A stretch of DNA of 64,000 nt from contig NC_092670.1 of assembly GCF_964355755.1 (NCBI RefSeq), positions 9,290,201 through 9,354,200 on the forward strand, written 5' to 3'. The notes beneath the pieces were generated by a model, which was given only the letters and a program-made list of their open reading frames with translations, did no database searches and had not been told where the DNA came from. Position numbers and translations under genes: made by a program. The stretch comes from Antedon mediterranea. Its lineage: Eukaryota; Animalia; Echinodermata. Of this stretch, positions 63,464 to 64,000 are shown in pieces (within the stretch, counting starts at the first letter, position 1; each line of letters begins with the position of its first letter).

Positions 63464-63719
63464 TAACTTTTCTGGCTGTTTACTTTATCGTTTTGATTTA
63501 GCTTTTCGCTTTTTTTTTGTATCTCCATTGAGATCCAGCCACTGCAAAAAGCAATAATGTACACGTTTAACATAAATCCAAAGGCTTAAACTCTATAACA
63601 TTATCTCGAAATAAATGAATCTGAATGCTTACTGCATGCATCTATGCACCAGGATTATACTGGGAAGGTTTTAAATTGCATTTGCAGATTTGCTGTATCT
63701 GCTGTGAGTAGCCAAAACA

Positions 63720-63881
63720 ATTGTTTCCCAATGGAAAACGTCCTGCCGCAACTCAACGACGCAACGTAAGAACGTACTGTGCTCTTCCATCACTTTGCAT
63801 TCAACCACCCACCACCGGTTCCTTCCTGTGACACAGGTATGTTCTTACAGCACATACGTTGCGTCCTAGTGGGAACATGCT
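63720..63881. mobile_element. MITE family B copy, degenerate
   Basis: tgtttcccaatgg..acgcaacgtaagaa ... cgttgcgtcctagtgggaacatgct. Confidence 0.6.
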
Positions 63882-64000
63882 TTAATGTAAAATCTTCTCT
63901 GGATTACGCAAGTCGTATTATCCACAGATTTCTTCTGTATTGCATTGTGAACTGTTATCTAGCTAAAATACGTATACGGTACATTATACAATTCTTACCA

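Overview
AT-rich (roughly 30% GC by eye) spliced animal genomic DNA, probably an invertebrate deuterostome such as an echinoderm (inference only). It is not prokaryotic, and most short ORFs in the track are noise. (1) The 3' part of a PTPRN/PTPRN2 (IA-2/phogrin) pseudophosphatase gene lies on +. I reconstructed 10 phase-consistent GT-AG coding exons from the TM exon at 11159 to the stop at 29244, and a clear mir-153 hairpin sits in the intron after the WPD exon. (2) An intronless 787-aa LRR-Ig-TM receptor CDS lies on + (53888-56251), with a foldback element just after its stop. (3) The last two exons of a kringle-domain gene lie on - (62513-62397, 61923-61520). (4) There are many MITEs, SINEs, two LINE 3' fragments and several satellites. 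The most unusual region is 60.9-63.6 kb: Penelope-type minimal hammerhead ribozyme motifs are tied to the kringle gene's 3' end, and an inverted copy of the kringle C-terminus is fused to an apparently intact hammerhead.
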